DNA of 26,006 nucleotides from a virus (lineage: Duplodnaviria; Caudoviricetes). The notes beneath the pieces were generated by a model. That model saw only the letters and a program-made list of their open reading frames with translations. It was not told where the DNA came from and did no database searches. Numbering within the stretch: position 1 is the stretch's first letter; every line of letters begins with the position of its first letter. A program made the translations under genes and the position numbers. Shown here one piece after another: positions 24,202 through 26,006 of this stretch. The DNA is taken from the IMG/VR virus record IMGVR_UViG_3300032295_000150, positions 1 through 26,006 of that record; one strand, 5' to 3'.

Positions 24202-24520
24202 CTTTTTGCTTCCTATATCTCTCGAGCAAGCGCCGCCCCTTGGCTACCGCGCTCGCCTTATCCCCTTGATGACCCCAAGCCTCGAGGCTCAACTTGAGCC
24301 GAGTCTTATCCCCTTGCTCATCCGTCAACAGTCCCGGCATCGATCCCATTCTGGTAAGGAAACTTCCTTTCCTGCGCAGTTGCTCTGGCGTCTTTGGCGC
24401 ACCCTTAACAGGCGCCTTCAACGTGCCACCAGTCTCTTGCTTATAGGATGCGCGGCCGGCAGCGTTCAGACCGCCTTTCTTGCTCTGGCCTTCCTTACGC
24501 TGCCAAGCCGGCGTCTTCAC
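24194..24520 (-). CDS. Basic phage protein, 108 aa (DUF6321-like)
   Basis: AWQRKEG...GGLNAAGRASY...LKAPV...RRKGSF..RM...SLEAW motif; GTG start overlaps the upstream stop. Confidence 0.7.
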   Translation of the reverse strand: MKTPAWQRKEGQSKKGGLNAAGRASYKQETGGTLKAPVKGAPKTPEQLRRKGSFLTRMGSMPGLLTDEQGDKTRLKLSLEAWGHQGDKASAVAKGRRLLERYRKQKDG

Positions 24521-24666
24521 TTGCGCTTCTTTGCCGTCTTTGCCGCAGCCTTGAAAGCCGAGGCAGTCGGTGCGCCCTTGGCGCCGGGCTTGCGCATCTT
24601 CTCGCCGCTGCCGGCTGCAATGCGCTCACGTTTTGCATGGATGTTGCTGTAAAGACCAGTCTTCAT
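24517..24666 (-). CDS. Small Lys/Ala-rich protein, 49 aa
   Basis: MKTGLYSNIHAKRERIAAGSGEKMRKPGAKGAPTASAFKAAAKTAKKRK; ATG at 24666 overlaps the upstream stop. Confidence 0.75.
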   Translation of the reverse strand: MKTGLYSNIHAKRERIAAGSGEKMRKPGAKGAPTASAFKAAAKTAKKRK

Positions 24667-25004
24667 GTTGCATCTGCTCCGCTGATGTAAATGGCAATTT
24701 TGTCTGCTGCGTCTGCCTTGACCTGAATCGTATCGCCCTCGTTCATGATGGCGAGTCCGTTCCATCTATAAACGCTGTTACCGTTTATTAAAAAATTATA
24801 CAAAATTGCGTTACCGATTCCAGCGGTTCCGCCAGACGGAACAATGTGGACGTAGGCGTTATGGTTGTTGTTCGTGACAGAGCAGAGGTTGATGTCCTTA
24901 ATGTAAGTACGGGTGAATGCCGGGGCAGTGTAAATAGTGACGTAGGACGCGCTGATTATTGCGCTCCCTAGTTTTTTGCCGACTATGTTTTGGTACTGTC
25001 CCAT
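24663..25004 (-). CDS. Beta-sandwich virion protein, 113 aa (possible needle knob/tip partner)
   Basis: IYTAP...IKDINLC...MNEGDTIQV...ISG pattern; TAATG coupling to the upstream gene. Confidence 0.65.
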   Translation of the reverse strand: MGQYQNIVGKKLGSAIISASYVTIYTAPAFTRTYIKDINLCSVTNNNHNAYVHIVPSGGTAGIGNAILYNFLINGNSVYRWNGLAIMNEGDTIQVKADAADKIAIYISGADAT

Positions 25005-25189
25005 TAAATCCCACCTATCCAATACAAGACGTTGAGACTGTGCACAGAGGCGATCAGCTCTCGATTGTTGTTGTCAACTTGGTTGAAGTACAGCTTGAGC
25101 TGATTGTTCAGCAAGTGCTGGTACTGTTGCGAATACTGAGGCGGTGCGTTGTTCGGGCTTGGAGCCTTAGACTGTCTAATGTCTTCCAT
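25004..25189 (-). CDS. Short coiled-coil protein resembling a tail needle/plug N-terminus, 61 aa
   Basis: APSPNNAPPQYSQQYQHLLNNQLKLYFNQVD resembles the motif of small proteins usually encoded right after nozzle genes. Confidence 0.6.
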   Translation of the reverse strand: MEDIRQSKAPSPNNAPPQYSQQYQHLLNNQLKLYFNQVDNNNRELIASVHSLNVLYWIGGI

Positions 25190-25616
25190 AGAAGTGCTTC
25201 TCGTACACTACCGTCTGGGTTTCATAGCCAAAAGTCTTTGCGTGTTTCTTCCAGCCGGGTCGGCCAAAGAACTCCACGCCCCAACAACCTTGATCTCGAG
25301 CAAACTGCTCCATCGTCTTGTGCATCTGCTCTTCAACCAGCGCCTTCGTATGTGGACGCATGGCGCAGTGGTGCACTTGGAACATGAACTTTCTGGGATA
25401 CCTCTTGACCTCTGTCAGCAGGTATCCGTGGATCACTCCGGTGTCAGTGTCGATGACTATCCAAAGTTGAGACTGCGGAGCCAGCGCAAGACGAGCGATG
25501 TCATCCGCATCCATGCGCCCTTCAGTCCATTCCACTGATTCTTGCACCAGAGCTTGAATGCAGCCCAGCGCTTCAAAAATACGGCCCGGTGGGACATGTT
25601 GAACCTCAACCTGCAT
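25176..25616 (-). CDS. Second GNAT-like protein, paralog of 10736..11113
   Basis: TEVKRYPRK...MEQFARDQGC...FFGRPGWKK...GYETQTVVYEKHF aligns with the other copy. Confidence 0.7.
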   Translation of the reverse strand: MQVEVQHVPPGRIFEALGCIQALVQESVEWTEGRMDADDIARLALAPQSQLWIVIDTDTGVIHGYLLTEVKRYPRKFMFQVHHCAMRPHTKALVEEQMHKTMEQFARDQGCWGVEFFGRPGWKKHAKTFGYETQTVVYEKHFYGRH

Positions 25617-26006
25617 TAGAACCGAAGATAGCTCAACTCGGCGAGTAGTGACGGGTCAATCGAGAACGATGACGGCAGCGGGTTGACCACAGACGGCTGC
25701 GAGTTGGCGAACGTCATGCCGCTCACATCAACCGGCGCCTCTGGGCCAGTGCGATAGTCAGGCATCACTGCCGGCGCAAGATCTGGCGCGGGCTGCACAA
25801 ACGGCTGCACCTCTGGGCGAGTGCGGAACGGATTGCGCGGACGTTGCCGACGCGGCTGCGGCTGACCGCCAAGGCCAAAGGCGCCGCCATAGTATTGCTG
25901 CATGAACTGGTTCGCGACCGAGTCATTGATGGTCGGTTGCTGCGGAGGCAGATAGCCGAGGCCAACTTGACCGTATCCGCCAAACTGATTGTATCCGCCC
26001 ATGCCG
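25616..26006 (-). CDS. C-terminal part of a low-complexity Gly/Tyr/Gln/Pro-rich protein (5' end beyond the window)
   Basis: Frame stays open to the right edge; TAATG-coupled to the GNAT-like gene. Confidence 0.6.
   Translation of the reverse strand, partial: GMGGYNQFGGYGQVGLGYLPPQQPTINDSVANQFMQQYYGGAFGLGGQPQPRRQRPRNPFRTRPEVQPFVQPAPDLAPAVMPDYRTGPEAPVDVSGMTFANSQPSVVNPLPSSFSIDPSLLAELSYLRF

Noticed and set aside
1-26006. Alternative genetic code or tRNA genes
   Set aside because: Genes are intact and tightly coupled under the standard code, and no intergenic gap shows a cloverleaf.

Overview
This window is a ~26 kb segment of a tailed dsDNA phage (Caudoviricetes) with a podovirus-like, P22/SU10-type morphogenesis module. 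The left end holds a Cro-like HTH gene translationally coupled to a truncated Prim-Pol primase gene (minus strand, not in the ORF track). Next come back-to-back sigma70-like promoters and a short plus-strand early operon (small proteins, SSB-like protein, PD-(D/E)XK exonuclease, DUF3310). From 3621 to the right edge is one long minus-strand late operon. In transcription order it encodes a low-complexity protein, a GNAT-like protein, a needle-like pair, small basic proteins, a 541-aa protein with an HhH-GPD glycosylase-like core, scaffold, major capsid protein, a GT2 glycosyltransferase, adaptor, tail fibres and chaperones, nozzle, a second GNAT-like protein, ejection proteins, a lysis cassette, an HEXXH protein and a metallophosphoesterase. 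Portal and terminase are not in the window. I found no integrase, CI repressor, tRNA, CRISPR array or reverse transcriptase. The best candidate for an undescribed system is a glycosylase-like enzyme in the head-gene cluster that shares terminal peptide motifs (MAE..RRR and basic-GLL) with the ejection proteins, suggesting a capsid-loading signal for injected cargo. All family assignments come from motif recognition by eye, with no database search.
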